Source: Actinomycetota bacterium (GTDB lineage Bacteria > Actinomycetota > Acidimicrobiia > Acidimicrobiales > Ilumatobacteraceae). Taken from it: a DNA stretch of 64,000 nucleotides. The stretch lies in NCBI GenBank assembly GCA_007279905.1, contig QYPH01000010.1, positions 978 through 64,977 on the forward strand, in the 5' to 3' direction. Below are positions 1 through 10,034 of this stretch, in pieces; positions within the stretch are counted from its first letter, which is position 1; each line of letters begins with the position of its first letter. The notes beneath the pieces are model-generated. The model saw only the letters and a program-made list of their open reading frames with translations. It searched no databases and was not told the origin of the DNA. Made by a program: the position numbers and the translations under genes.

Positions 1-1210
1 CATCGACCTCGACAAGCTCAAAGACGTCAACGACAACATCGGCCACGCAGTTGGCGACCAGTTGCTCAACACCATCGCCAAGCGATTGGTCAGTGCGACT
101 CGCCCATCAGACATTGTTGCCCGCATCGGTGGAGACGAATTTGTCGTGTTGTGTGATGGTCTTGGTGACGAGCATGTAGCAATGGATGTTGCAGATCGCG
201 TGCGCCAGGCAATGACGGGCCAAGTCATCTTGCAAGGCATCGAGATTTTTACCAGCGCTTCGATTGGTATCGCAATGGCAACGCCGGCTCTGCTGGCCGA
301 AGAATCGCCAAATGATGCAGCAGTCACATTGCTGCGCAACGCAGACACGGCCATGTACCGAGCCAAGCAGCGCGGTCGAGGTCGATGCGAAATGTTTAGT
401 GAAGAAATGCGCAAGTCCGACCGCGAGCGTGCTGCTCTCTCATCCGAACTCGAGCGCGCCCTTGCAACCAATCAGCTTTTTGTTGTGCATCAGCCAATTG
501 TCTCGACCCACACAGGGCGCGTCGCTGGCACCGAAGCACTGTTGCGCTGGAATCATCCCGAGCGCGGAGTACTGACGCCCCCAGTATTTCTCGAGATGGC
601 TGAAGAATCTGGCGCAATCGGGCCTATTGGAGACTGGGTAGTGCGCCAGGCATGCACCGATGCACGCACGTGGATGGACGCCAACATTGTTGATGGGTCG
701 TTTGTCGTGCACGTCAATGTGTCGGCACGTCAACTCAGCGACTCTGGCTTTGTAGAGCGCGTGATGGGCTCGTTGCGAGAAACAAAACTTGAACCATTTC
801 ATCTCGCTCTCGAGATCAACGAGACAACAATGCTCAACGACAACCCCGCCATCATGCGCACACTCAATGCGCTCAAGCGCCAGGGTGTCAAGCTCGCCAT
901 CGACGATTTTGGTACTGGTTATTCATCGCTCGCCCATCTGCGCGATTTTCCTGCAGACTTCCTCAAACTCGATGGCACTCTTGTGCGCGATATCGGGTTG
1001 CAGGGTGCCGATGATCCAATCGTTCGCTCAATTATCCAATTGGCACACTCACTGAACATGTCGGTGATCGCCGAGTGGGTGACGAGCGATGATCAAACAC
1101 AACGGCTTCGTCTGTTGGGCTGCGACTTCGTGCAGGGCAACCGCATTGGCGAACCTGTTATCGCAACAGAAGTTGTACCTCTTGTGCTGGCACGATCCAC
1201 GCAGCAATAG
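1..1210 (+). CDS. GGDEF-EAL diguanylate cyclase/phosphodiesterase (5' partial, frame open to window edge)
   Basis: The frame is open from base 2 (IDLDKLKDVNDNIGHAVGDQ...). It has the GGDEF motif RIGGDEFVV, followed by EAL-domain motifs EALLRW and DDFGTGYSSL. Confidence 0.9.
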   Translation, partial: IDLDKLKDVNDNIGHAVGDQLLNTIAKRLVSATRPSDIVARIGGDEFVVLCDGLGDEHVAMDVADRVRQAMTGQVILQGIEIFTSASIGIAMATPALLAEESPNDAAVTLLRNADTAMYRAKQRGRGRCEMFSEEMRKSDRERAALSSELERALATNQLFVVHQPIVSTHTGRVAGTEALLRWNHPERGVLTPPVFLEMAEESGAIGPIGDWVVRQACTDARTWMDANIVDGSFVVHVNVSARQLSDSGFVERVMGSLRETKLEPFHLALEINETTMLNDNPAIMRTLNALKRQGVKLAIDDFGTGYSSLAHLRDFPADFLKLDGTLVRDIGLQGADDPIVRSIIQLAHSLNMSVIAEWVTSDDQTQRLRLLGCDFVQGNRIGEPVIATEVVPLVLARSTQQ

Positions 1211-1220
1211 CGTTCTACAC

Positions 1221-2126
1221 ATGACTACTCAGCGAGACCTCAAATTTGGTTGGCTCTCCCCCGTCATTGGCAACCAGTGGAGCGATCACCAGCCGATCGT
1301 GATGTTTCAGGAGCGCAACATTCTGCCAACCGCACTGCAACATTTTGATTCGCTCTGGATCGCCGATCACTTTTATGGTTTTGATGCAAAGACTGACCCA
1401 TTTATGGAGGCATGGACAACGCTCACCTGGCTTGCAGCCAAATTTCCCGATGTGTTGCTCTGTCACCACGTACTTGGCCAGGGATATCGCAATCCGGCAC
1501 TCACGGCCAAAATGGCAGCGACACTGCAAGTGCTCTCAGGAAACAGATTCATTTTGGGTATCGGCGCAGGCTGGCGAGACGACGAATTTTTGGCTTACGG
1601 TTACGAATTTCCACGGCCAGCAGTCCGTTTTGCACAACTTGAAGAACTGATTCATATCTGTCGCCAAATGTGGACACAAGATGCACCAACATTTGCCGGA
1701 AAACATTTTCACATCACCGAGGCTGCGGCGCCACCCAAGCCAGATGTCGTTCCGCCTGTATGCATTGGTGCTTATGGCGAACAAATTGGTTTGCCTATGG
1801 TAGGCAGATTGGCAGACATGTGGAACGCATCGACCCAAGGCAACATCGATAAATGGCTGGTCAAACGAGACATCGTTCGCGCATCTGCAGAAAAATGTGG
1901 TCGCAATCCGAGCGACATCCACATCTCGCTCACGGTTGAGAAATCTCTACCGAATACCGACGAAGAATCAGAGATATTTCGCTCCGAATTGCAGTTGATG
2001 GTCGACCATGGTGTCGAACATTTTGTACTGGACTTTGGTCATCCGCAATCGACAGAGCCAGTTTTGCGGTTTGTCGAACAAGTGCTGCAACCTATGAAGG
2101 CTGCTCACATTCAGCCGCGCAAATAA
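1221..2126 (+). CDS. LLM-class (luciferase-like) F420-dependent oxidoreductase
   Basis: Luciferase-like monooxygenase-type sequence (FILGIGAGWRDDEF). I chose the ATG at 1221, just after the upstream stop; the longer ORF from 1089 would overlap the EAL gene. Confidence 0.8.
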   Translation: MTTQRDLKFGWLSPVIGNQWSDHQPIVMFQERNILPTALQHFDSLWIADHFYGFDAKTDPFMEAWTTLTWLAAKFPDVLLCHHVLGQGYRNPALTAKMAATLQVLSGNRFILGIGAGWRDDEFLAYGYEFPRPAVRFAQLEELIHICRQMWTQDAPTFAGKHFHITEAAAPPKPDVVPPVCIGAYGEQIGLPMVGRLADMWNASTQGNIDKWLVKRDIVRASAEKCGRNPSDIHISLTVEKSLPNTDEESEIFRSELQLMVDHGVEHFVLDFGHPQSTEPVLRFVEQVLQPMKAAHIQPRK

Positions 2127-2135
2127 ACCTGTTTA

Positions 2136-3158
2136 CTAGTCGGCTGGATCGATCGCTGGCCGCGGACCACTGCCATTAAAAAAGGCGAGCAATGGTGCTG
2201 ATTCTTCGCCGAGTTGCAACACCGAATTGCCGTTGATGGTGTCGCCGTAAACAGCTAGCGGAAAAGAAGCAACGTTGCCGCTCGCTGCTGGTCTCATCTT
2301 TTTTGCAAACTCAATCAGATCGAGTTGCTCGTCCACAACGATTGCGCCTAAACCGCCGCTCATGACTTTGCCAAGCGAAAAAGGGTTTCCGACAACACCC
2401 ACAACTGCGCTCTTTGCTAGCGCTTCAACAAACGATCGTTGTCGCGCCGTGCGTCCGATGTCTGATGAGCCATCGATCTGCCAATCGCCATCAACTTTTT
2501 GCTCAAAAAATCGGCTTCGAGCAAATGCAAGTGCCTCCACGCCGTCGAGTGTGGAACAACCGGGTTTCATAAATAGACCGGTGTGTTTGTCGCGCGACGG
2601 ATAATCGACACACACCGACACGCCACCGACTGCATCGACAATTTTTTTGAAACCTTGAAAATCAATTTCGACATAATGATGTATTGGCACGCCGAGTGCG
2701 CTCTGCACGGTGCGCACAAGCACGTCAGTGCCTGCCTGATACGCAGTATTAATGCGCTGATGGTCTTCGCCTCCACCGATGGCCACCCACAAGTCGCGAG
2801 GTATCGACAACAACGAAACCGAACCAGATTTTTTGACGTAGTGCATCACCATCAGCGTGTCGCTGCGCTGGCCGCCGATGTCTCCCTCCGCCCCAACGGC
2901 GTTGAAGTCTGCATCGGAAGGGTCGGCGCCTGCGCGCGAATCTGAGCCAACTAACAAATAGTTTTCAAACAGCGGGTCGGGAGCAGATAACGCCGAAGTT
3001 GCGATTGTCTCTCGCTGAATTCCATCGAGTTGTACATGCACACTTTTCACAATTCCAAAAGTGCCTGCCAGCGCAGTTACTAGTGCAGTGACACCAACGA
3101 CAATCAATCGTGTCGAGCGCTTTCCACGACTTCGCGTTGCAGGACGATGTACCACCAC
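2136..3158 (-). CDS. LytR-CpsA-Psr (LCP) family cell-envelope phosphotransferase
   Basis: N-terminal TM anchor, then LCP motifs LLVGSDSR, SDTLMV, SIPRDLWV, INTAY. Confidence 0.85.
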   Translation of the reverse strand: MVVHRPATRSRGKRSTRLIVVGVTALVTALAGTFGIVKSVHVQLDGIQRETIATSALSAPDPLFENYLLVGSDSRAGADPSDADFNAVGAEGDIGGQRSDTLMVMHYVKKSGSVSLLSIPRDLWVAIGGGEDHQRINTAYQAGTDVLVRTVQSALGVPIHHYVEIDFQGFKKIVDAVGGVSVCVDYPSRDKHTGLFMKPGCSTLDGVEALAFARSRFFEQKVDGDWQIDGSSDIGRTARQRSFVEALAKSAVVGVVGNPFSLGKVMSGGLGAIVVDEQLDLIEFAKKMRPAASGNVASFPLAVYGDTINGNSVLQLGEESAPLLAFFNGSGPRPAIDPAD

Positions 3159-3206
3159 GGTTAGACGCTAATCGCTCGATGCAAGTGACTCGCGATCTGC
3201 GACTCT

Positions 3207-3956
3207 CTACTGTTTGCGCAGATGCACAACATCGCCCGTATCAATCTGGTGCACCTCGCCGATGTCGTCAGTCACCTCAAGCCGACCATCCAACAGCACA
3301 CTTGTTGCTCGGCCGGCTATCACATGAGTAGCCATCTCTACCCGCACATGTTGCCCAAGCGTTGCCAAGTGTGCAACATACTGCGCATGCAGTTGTTCAC
3401 TAGTGAGGCGCTCCAGCACATCGACATGTTCCAACATCGATCGCAATAGTGCAACAGGTGTGGTCTTCACGTGCGCTGATGCTTGATCGAGCGAAATCGC
3501 ATCTGGTGGCGCCCAGCCAACATTGACACCAATGCCTACAACAACAAATTCTGGTGCACCTTGAGCCAAGATTCCAGAAACTTTTTTGTTGTCGATCAAT
3601 AAATCATTTGGCCATTTCATCTGCGGTTCCACTGCGACAAGTTGTTTGCTCGCTAGTGCAGCCGCCATACCAACCATCTGCGTAAATTGATGTGTTGGTC
3701 GCGTGATCGTTGAGTCAAAACGAAACAACAATGACACCAACAAATTTGATCCGGGCTCTGCAACCCACGTGCGATCGAGTCTGCCCTTGCCGGCATGTTG
3801 AAATTGGGCCATCAGCACGCTGTGATGTGGCGCGCCATCGTGTGCACTCGCCAGTAAATCGGTGTTGGTGCTCCCAGTTTCTGCAACAATCGAAACCCAC
3901 CAGCCATTGGGCCATGAGCCCGAGTTTTCGGGCTGGTTGGGTAAAGGAGTGTTCAT
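3207..3956 (-). CDS. birA: biotin--[acetyl-CoA-carboxylase] ligase
   Basis: GKGRLDRTWVAEPGSNLLVS motif and a BirA-like C-terminal domain. The ATG at 3956 avoids overlap with the divergent carboxylase gene. Confidence 0.85.
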   Translation of the reverse strand: MNTPLPNQPENSGSWPNGWWVSIVAETGSTNTDLLASAHDGAPHHSVLMAQFQHAGKGRLDRTWVAEPGSNLLVSLLFRFDSTITRPTHQFTQMVGMAAALASKQLVAVEPQMKWPNDLLIDNKKVSGILAQGAPEFVVVGIGVNVGWAPPDAISLDQASAHVKTTPVALLRSMLEHVDVLERLTSEQLHAQYVAHLATLGQHVRVEMATHVIAGRATSVLLDGRLEVTDDIGEVHQIDTGDVVHLRKQ

Positions 3957-3975
3957 CAGGTAAAGATAGTAAGCC

Positions 3976-5727
3976 GTGTTGAAAAAAATCCTGATAGCCA
4001 ATCGAGGCGAAATCGCCGTCCGTGTCATCCGCACCGCCCGAGAGATGGGAATCGCAACGGTTGCCGTGTATTCCGAGCTCGATCGCAATGCCCTGCATGT
4101 GCGCCTTGCCGACGAGGCTTATGCCCTCGGTGGTCAAACTGCGGCAGAGAGTTACCTCAACACAGAGGCCATCCTGGACGCGATTCGCAAGAGCGGCGCC
4201 GACGGCGTACACCCCGGTTACGGATTTTTTAGCGAAAACGCAGACTTTGCTCAGGCCATCACCGACATGGGCGTGGCATTCATCGGACCACCCCCAGCGG
4301 CAATTGTCGAAATGGGAGACAAAGTTTCGTCACGCAAAGCCGCACTTCGCGGTGGCGCACCAATCGTGCCCGGCACCACCGAATTCACCAAGAATGCCCA
4401 AGAGATCACTGATTTTGGAAATGAGTTTGGTTGGCCAGTAGCAATCAAGGCTGCCTTTGGTGGTGGCGGACGCGGAATGAAAGTTGTGCAGTCGGCTGAT
4501 CAAGTGCAAGAGGCAATGGAATCTGCGCAACGAGAATCAAAAGCTTTCTTTGGTCGCGACGAAATCTATGTCGAGCGCTACCTCACATGGCCGCGCCACA
4601 TTGAAGTACAACTCGTTGGCGACAAGCACGGCAATGTTGTGTGGGTTTCTACACGCGACTGCTCTGCGCAACGCCGTCACCAAAAACTTATTGAAGAAGC
4701 CCCAGCGCCTGGCTTGCCAGACGGCATGGAAGAAGCAATGGGCGCAGCAGCTGTTAAAGCAGCCAAGGCTGTTGGTTATTACAACGCTGGCACTGTCGAA
4801 TTTATTTACCAAGACGATGATTTCTTTTTCCTCGAGATGAACACTCGTTTGCAAGTTGAGCACCCCGTCACCGAAGTGATCACGGGCATTGACTTGGTTG
4901 AGTGGCAAATACTTGTTGCGTCTGGTGAAACATTGCCGATGACACAAGAACAAGTCGCCGCTCGTCGCAATGGTCACGGCATCGAAGTGCGTATCAACGC
5001 TGAAAACCCAAGTGGCGGCAAATTCTTGCCATCACCTGGCACAATCACCGCTCTCACCACACCAGATGGTTTCGGCACACGATTCGATGGTGGCTACGAA
5101 GCCGGCGACACCGTGAGTCAGTACTACGACAATCTTGTTGGAAAATTGATCGTGTGGGGCAAAGATCGCGACACTGCAATCGCTCGCACCATTCGCGCAC
5201 TCGAAGAAATGGTGATTGTTGGAGTGCACACCACCATTCCTGCCGATTTAGCAATTTTGCGCCACCCAGATTTCTCTGCCATCACACACTCCACCAAGTG
5301 GGTTGAAGAAACACTTGACCTCTCGCAACTCGTTTCGCATGCTGGCGCTGCGCCAACAGACGACGATCACGACCTGGTCGAACGCTCGACCACTGTCGAA
5401 GTCAATGGCAAGCGATTTGACGTCAAGATGTGGGTGCCCGAGTTTGCAATCGGCACTGCCAAAAAAACTAAGAAGCTCACTCGCGGCTCGGGTGGTGCCG
5501 GTGGTGGTGCAGCAAGCGGTGCTGTAACTGCACCAATGCAAGGCACAATCGTCAAGGTGATGGTTGAGGTAGGTCAAACAATTGCCGTTGGCGAAGCCGT
5601 AGTTGTGCTCGAGGCCATGAAAATGGAAAACCAAATCACCGCCGAAAAGGCTGGAAAAGTTACCAAAGTCAACGTGACCGCAGGCGACAAGGTTGGCTCT
5701 GGCGACGTCCTCGCCGTTATCGAGTAG
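3976..5727 (+). CDS. accA: acetyl/propionyl-CoA carboxylase alpha subunit (biotin carboxylase + BCCP domain)
   Basis: N-terminus KILIANRGEIAVRVIRTAREMGI, an ATP-grasp core, and the C-terminal biotinyl-lysine motif EAMKMEN. Confidence 0.95.
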   Translation: MLKKILIANRGEIAVRVIRTAREMGIATVAVYSELDRNALHVRLADEAYALGGQTAAESYLNTEAILDAIRKSGADGVHPGYGFFSENADFAQAITDMGVAFIGPPPAAIVEMGDKVSSRKAALRGGAPIVPGTTEFTKNAQEITDFGNEFGWPVAIKAAFGGGGRGMKVVQSADQVQEAMESAQRESKAFFGRDEIYVERYLTWPRHIEVQLVGDKHGNVVWVSTRDCSAQRRHQKLIEEAPAPGLPDGMEEAMGAAAVKAAKAVGYYNAGTVEFIYQDDDFFFLEMNTRLQVEHPVTEVITGIDLVEWQILVASGETLPMTQEQVAARRNGHGIEVRINAENPSGGKFLPSPGTITALTTPDGFGTRFDGGYEAGDTVSQYYDNLVGKLIVWGKDRDTAIARTIRALEEMVIVGVHTTIPADLAILRHPDFSAITHSTKWVEETLDLSQLVSHAGAAPTDDDHDLVERSTTVEVNGKRFDVKMWVPEFAIGTAKKTKKLTRGSGGAGGGAASGAVTAPMQGTIVKVMVEVGQTIAVGEAVVVLEAMKMENQITAEKAGKVTKVNVTAGDKVGSGDVLAVIE

Positions 5728-5767
5728 CGAAACTAGTAGCGACACCTCTCGCTCGCGCGACTAGTTT

Positions 5768-7309
5768 GTGAGCGTGACATCTAGCCCCGAATCAGCCGAA
5801 AACGCCAACAATCTCGATATTGCCCAAACCTCAAGCGGACTTGCCGCCGAGATGGCTCGCCGACTCGACAGCATCGCAGCACTCAGGGCTCAAGGCACCA
5901 ACCCATACCCCTATCGGTTTGATCGCACTCACACTCTTGGCGAAATTCGTACTGCGCACGGCGCACTCGAGGCAGGCAGCGAAACAACCGAGCATGTCAC
6001 CATCGCAGGCCGCATCATGCTCAAGCGTGATCAGGGCAAACTTATTTTTTGCACACTTCGCGATCGCACCGGCGACATTCAGTTGTTTGTGTCGAAAGCA
6101 ATTGTTGGTGACGACGCATTTGATGCCATCAACAATTTTGATTTAGGCGACTGGGTTGGCGTGAGCGGCTTGGTGATGACCACTCGCAAAGGCGAACTGT
6201 CAGTCAAGGTCGACACCGCGCAATTGTTGGCAAAGGCCGTGCGCCCAATGCCCGACAAATGGCACGGCCTCACCGATATCGATACTCGTTATCGCCAGCG
6301 TTACGCCGACCTCATTATCAACGAAGAAGCACGACGCACGTTCGAGATCCGACACGCAACAATCGCCAGCTTCAGAAAGACATTGCACGACAACCAATTC
6401 ATTGAAGTAGAAACACCAGTGCTCCACATGGAAGCCGGCGGTGCCCATGCTCGCCCGTTCGTCACCCATCACAACGCTCTAGACATGCAATTGTTTTTGC
6501 GCATCGCTCTTGAGTTGCACCTCAAGCGACTGATCGTTGGTGGCATGGAGCGTGTATTCGAGATCGGTCGCGTATTCCGTAACGAAGGCATCTCTACGCG
6601 CCACAACCCAGAGTTCACGATGATGGAGAGTTACCAGGCATTTGGCGACTACAACGAAGTGATGGCTCTTACCGAACAGCTCATCACCAACGCTGCCCGA
6701 GAAGCCACTGGAAGCTCGACTGTAATTATTAATGGACACGAGTTTGATCTTGCTCAACCATGGCGCAAGGCACGGATGATTGATTTGGCTGGCGAAAAAG
6801 TTGGCGAAACATTGCACCCGTCCATGGACGTCGATGCTGTTCGCAAGATTGCTGCAAAGCACAACATTAAGACCGACAGTCATTGGGGCTCGGGTCGCAT
6901 TATCGAAGAAATCTTTGCCGAACTCGCAGAAGGTGAACTGCAAGAACCAACTTTTGTCACCGGGCACCCTGTCGAGATCTCGCCACTTGCGCGAGCCGAC
7001 CGCAACGACCCGCATCTCACCGAACGTTTCGAATTGTTTATTGGTGCGCGCGAAATTGCCAATGGTTACAGCGAATTAAATGACCCTGTCGAACAACGAT
7101 TGCGATTCGAGGACGAGCAAAAGGCCAAGGTCGCTGGCGACAACGAAGCCGGCAGCATGGACGAAGATTATTTGCGAGCACTCGAGTTTGGAATGCCGCC
7201 AACAGCGGGCCTTGGCATCGGCATCGACCGCCTTGTCATGTTGTTGGCCGCTGCTGGTTCAATTAAAGACGTGATCTTGTTTCCAACACTTCGCCCAGAG
7301 GCCAAGTAG
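5768..7309 (+). CDS. lysS: lysine--tRNA ligase (class II)
   Basis: OB-fold N-terminal domain, RYRQRYADLI, and class II motifs FEIGRVFRNEG and GLGIGIDRLVM. Confidence 0.95.
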   Translation: MSVTSSPESAENANNLDIAQTSSGLAAEMARRLDSIAALRAQGTNPYPYRFDRTHTLGEIRTAHGALEAGSETTEHVTIAGRIMLKRDQGKLIFCTLRDRTGDIQLFVSKAIVGDDAFDAINNFDLGDWVGVSGLVMTTRKGELSVKVDTAQLLAKAVRPMPDKWHGLTDIDTRYRQRYADLIINEEARRTFEIRHATIASFRKTLHDNQFIEVETPVLHMEAGGAHARPFVTHHNALDMQLFLRIALELHLKRLIVGGMERVFEIGRVFRNEGISTRHNPEFTMMESYQAFGDYNEVMALTEQLITNAAREATGSSTVIINGHEFDLAQPWRKARMIDLAGEKVGETLHPSMDVDAVRKIAAKHNIKTDSHWGSGRIIEEIFAELAEGELQEPTFVTGHPVEISPLARADRNDPHLTERFELFIGAREIANGYSELNDPVEQRLRFEDEQKAKVAGDNEAGSMDEDYLRALEFGMPPTAGLGIGIDRLVMLLAAAGSIKDVILFPTLRPEAK

Positions 7310-7311
7310 TC

Positions 7312-8247
7312 GTGGCCGCTGCATCTTCTGCCCAATTAAGCGCATGGGGTGTTGGCTTAGCAACGATTGCTGCAGACGGCACCACGCTCGACACCTTCTT
7401 TCGCCACCTCGGTCTTGCAAATGCTGTGCCGGTCGGGACGCCAACCGAAACTCAGTCAACAACTGATGAGCGACGCGGTGTCGCCATTGTTCCTACATCT
7501 CTTGTCATCGACACTCAGGCCGCACCAACAAGTGCAACGGATGTCTACCTACGCTTGCATCTGCTCTCGCACCGCATGGTTGAGCCTCGCACGATCAATC
7601 TCGACGGAGCATTCGGATTGCTCGCCAACGTTGCCTGGACATCAATTGGCCCCGTCGCTCTCGACACGCTCGACGACGTGCGCTACAACTTGTTGCGCCA
7701 AGGTCAGCACCTCGTCGTGCATGGTGTCGACAAGTTTCCGCGCATGACCGATTACGTTGTGCCGTCTGGCGTGCGCATTGCCGACGCCAGCAGAGTGCGC
7801 CTCGGCGCACACTTAGCAAGTGGCACCACAGTCATGCACGAAGGCTTTTGCAACTTCAATGCCGGCACACTCGGCGCATCAATGGTCGAAGGTCGCATCT
7901 CAGCCGGCGTTATTGTCGGCGACGGATCCGATATCGGCGGTGGAGCATCTATCATGGGCACGCTCTCTGGTGGTGGCAAAGAGATGGTGACTGTTGGCAA
8001 AAAGTGTTTGCTCGGGGCAAATAGCGGGCTCGGCATTTCGCTTGGCGATGAATGCATTATCGAAGCTGGTCTGTACATCACCGCTGGCACGCAGGTGAAG
8101 CTGCCAGACGGCACTGTGGTGAAGGCACGCGAGCTCTCTGGTGCAAGCGGCTTGTTGTTTCGACGCAACAGCCAAAGCGGTGCTGTCGAAGCCGTGCAAC
8201 GCACAGGCAATTGGGGTGGGCTCAATGCCGCCCTGCACAAAAACTAA
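7312..8247 (+). CDS. dapD: 2,3,4,5-tetrahydropyridine-2,6-dicarboxylate N-succinyltransferase (actinobacterial type)
   Basis: Left-handed beta-helix hexapeptide repeats in the C-terminal half (GVIVGDGSDIGGGASIMG...), with length and layout like actinobacterial DapD. Confidence 0.8.
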   Translation: MAAASSAQLSAWGVGLATIAADGTTLDTFFRHLGLANAVPVGTPTETQSTTDERRGVAIVPTSLVIDTQAAPTSATDVYLRLHLLSHRMVEPRTINLDGAFGLLANVAWTSIGPVALDTLDDVRYNLLRQGQHLVVHGVDKFPRMTDYVVPSGVRIADASRVRLGAHLASGTTVMHEGFCNFNAGTLGASMVEGRISAGVIVGDGSDIGGGASIMGTLSGGGKEMVTVGKKCLLGANSGLGISLGDECIIEAGLYITAGTQVKLPDGTVVKARELSGASGLLFRRNSQSGAVEAVQRTGNWGGLNAALHKN

Positions 8248-8250
8248 GTC

Positions 8251-8805
8251 ATGAACTTTGCAGACTTCGCGCAACTTGTGCGCACCCGAAGGTCGCAATT
8301 GATTGTTGATCAAGAACGCGACGTCGAGATCGATCTGATTCGTCAGTTGTGTTCGGTTGCCACATGGGCCCCAAATCATCAGCAGACATGGCCATGGGTG
8401 TTTGGCGTGTTTACTGGAGAGTCTCGTCGCGGGCTCAGCGACGCAACGGCCGATGCAATGCTGCGCTTCGGCGACTCAGAAATGAAAGTAACCAAAACGC
8501 GCACCAAATACTTGCGCGCACCTGTCGTCGTGGTTGTCGGCTCTGCACCTGGTGACTCAGACTTGCAGTCGCAAGAAAACCGTGACGCAGTTGCTGCAGG
8601 CATTCAAAACATGTTGCTCGGTGCCACAGCAATGGGGCTTGCGAGTTTTTGGTCGAGTTGTCCAAAGGGCTGTAACGACGACGTTGCGCGACACTGCGGA
8701 TTTGCATCAGGCACGCATGTCACTGCAATGCTATACATCGGCTGGCCAACAAAAGATTTGCCGGCCATCGAGCGCCCAGCGCCCGCGATCACCTACTTCA
8801 ACTAA
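8251..8805 (+). CDS. nitroreductase family protein
   Basis: Nitroreductase-fold sequence (APNHQQTWPW..., AAGIQNMLLGATAMGLASFW). Confidence 0.8.
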   Translation: MNFADFAQLVRTRRSQLIVDQERDVEIDLIRQLCSVATWAPNHQQTWPWVFGVFTGESRRGLSDATADAMLRFGDSEMKVTKTRTKYLRAPVVVVVGSAPGDSDLQSQENRDAVAAGIQNMLLGATAMGLASFWSSCPKGCNDDVARHCGFASGTHVTAMLYIGWPTKDLPAIERPAPAITYFN

Positions 8806-8810
8806 CGCAA

Positions 8811-8975
8811 TTACTTCATCTTGTAGCCAGCAGGGCACACTGGCTTCACACCAGTAACTTTTTTGACCACTTTGCCCTTTGCGCAAGTAATAGTCACCTT
8901 TGCCGTTGTTTTTTTAGCCGGGGTTGTGACAGTTGTTGCACTGCCCGATCCCTTGGTCAGTTTGACGGCGCCAAT
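8811..8975 (-). other. 54-codon in-frame continuation behind the TAA stop of the 8976..9956 gene (Thr/Lys linker plus Cys-pair motif); possibly a severed C-terminal domain
   Basis: The reverse-strand translation directly after the TAA (8976-8978), in the same frame, is IGAVKLTKGSGSATTVTTPAKKTTAKVTITCAKGKVVKKVTGVKPVCPAGYKMK*. I saw no ATG or Shine-Dalgarno of its own. It fills the whole gap up to the convergent nitroreductase gene. Confidence 0.45.
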
Positions 8976-9956
8976 TTAACCACCATATGCATGATCAAAT
9001 CCGCCAGCCCACAAAATCATTTGACCAGACTTGTCAAGAAAGACATCGGGGTCATTGCCAAAACCAGAAGCAAATGAGGATGGAAATGAAACTTTGTATT
9101 CGTTCGAAAAGGTCAATCCGCCGTCTTTGCTGGTGGAATACCACAGGCCCTGATCATTCTGCGCCATGTTTTGTTTGCCAGCCGAATCGAGTCCTGGGCG
9201 AGCGCCGTTGTCGTAGTAAAACAACGTGACCGAACCATCGGCATGTGTAATTGCAGCGGGGTGCTCGGCGCTTCGCGTCAGCGATGCGGCGCCAGTGCCA
9301 ATACGAAGGCCACTATCAGCGGTCCACGTGAGACCATCGGCGGAAGTAGCCGAATACACCTGGTGCGGATCTGGTCCGGTTCCGGCCTTGACCATGTCGG
9401 AAAAGTAAGCGCGATATCGACCATCAGCAAGTTTGATCAACGCTGCCCCTGACAGACCATTTTTTGCACTCGGAAAACTCGAGCTTGAGATGCAAGCATC
9501 TTTTTCAACTGCAAAGTTGAGTCCGTCCGACGAGATTGAACATGAGACTCCAAAACTCGTCATGTTGTACATACGAAACCGTCCGTCGCTCAACTTCACT
9601 GCGCGCGGCATTCCTTGTCCTTTATCCGACCCAAATGCATTGCCAACAAAAGAAAACGTCACGCCATCTGTTGAGTCTGCAATAACGATTCCCTTGTTTT
9701 GTGCAAACACATAGGCGCGAATTTTTCCATCTGGAAGTAGAACACCCGTAACATCTGCAACCGGAAGTCCTTTGGAGACACCAAAAAGATCGGGATATAA
9801 AATCTTCTCGCCAATGAGTGTGGCGGCATACGGTCCGCTCGGAAAAACATCTGCTGGGTCTGCTGATACGACTGTTGCCGACCCAGTTGTGAGCACAAGA
9901 ACACTCAACCATATGGTTGCGCATATGGTTGCGAGCGTTGCAATTGTTTTCCTCAT
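8976..9956 (-). CDS. exported Asp-box (BNR-like) beta-propeller protein, sialidase/glycosidase-like fold
   Basis: Signal peptide (MRKTIATLATICATIWLSVLVLTTGSATVVSA). Four Asp-box-like repeats: STDGVTFS, SSDGLNFA, SADGLTWT, SKDGGLTFS. Confidence 0.7.
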   Translation of the reverse strand: MRKTIATLATICATIWLSVLVLTTGSATVVSADPADVFPSGPYAATLIGEKILYPDLFGVSKGLPVADVTGVLLPDGKIRAYVFAQNKGIVIADSTDGVTFSFVGNAFGSDKGQGMPRAVKLSDGRFRMYNMTSFGVSCSISSDGLNFAVEKDACISSSSFPSAKNGLSGAALIKLADGRYRAYFSDMVKAGTGPDPHQVYSATSADGLTWTADSGLRIGTGAASLTRSAEHPAAITHADGSVTLFYYDNGARPGLDSAGKQNMAQNDQGLWYSTSKDGGLTFSNEYKVSFPSSFASGFGNDPDVFLDKSGQMILWAGGFDHAYGG

Positions 9957-10003
9957 ACTTGCCTCCGAGGTAATAGTCTCTATTTATTAACCAGCCTCTT
10001 GAA

Positions 10004-10017
10004 TATAACTAGTTATA
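10004..10017. promoter_or_regulatory. perfect 14-bp palindrome TATAACTAGTTATA, candidate TetR operator
   Basis: It lies 18 nt upstream of the TetR ATG (10035), inside the 78-bp divergent intergenic region shared with the Asp-box protein gene. Confidence 0.35.
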
Positions 10018-10034
10018 GGAAGTATTGTCAAGCC

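Noticed and set aside
1089-1220. 5' extensions of ORFs. This one is on the LLM oxidoreductase. Others are birA to 4088, EamA from 13595, DoxX to 47094, hydrolase from 47340, CitE to 56455 and rnhB to 22621.
   Set aside because: The extensions overlap neighbouring genes and translate to non-protein-like sequence. Internal starts give the short overlaps or gaps typical of this genome.
8976-8978. Possible reassignment or systematic readthrough of TAA, given two in-frame TAA cases (here and at 26815-26817).
   Set aside because: TAA ends well-supported genes at their expected C-termini (for example 2124-2126 and 26653-26655). Each same-frame coincidence has a 1-in-3 chance. Local explanations are more likely.
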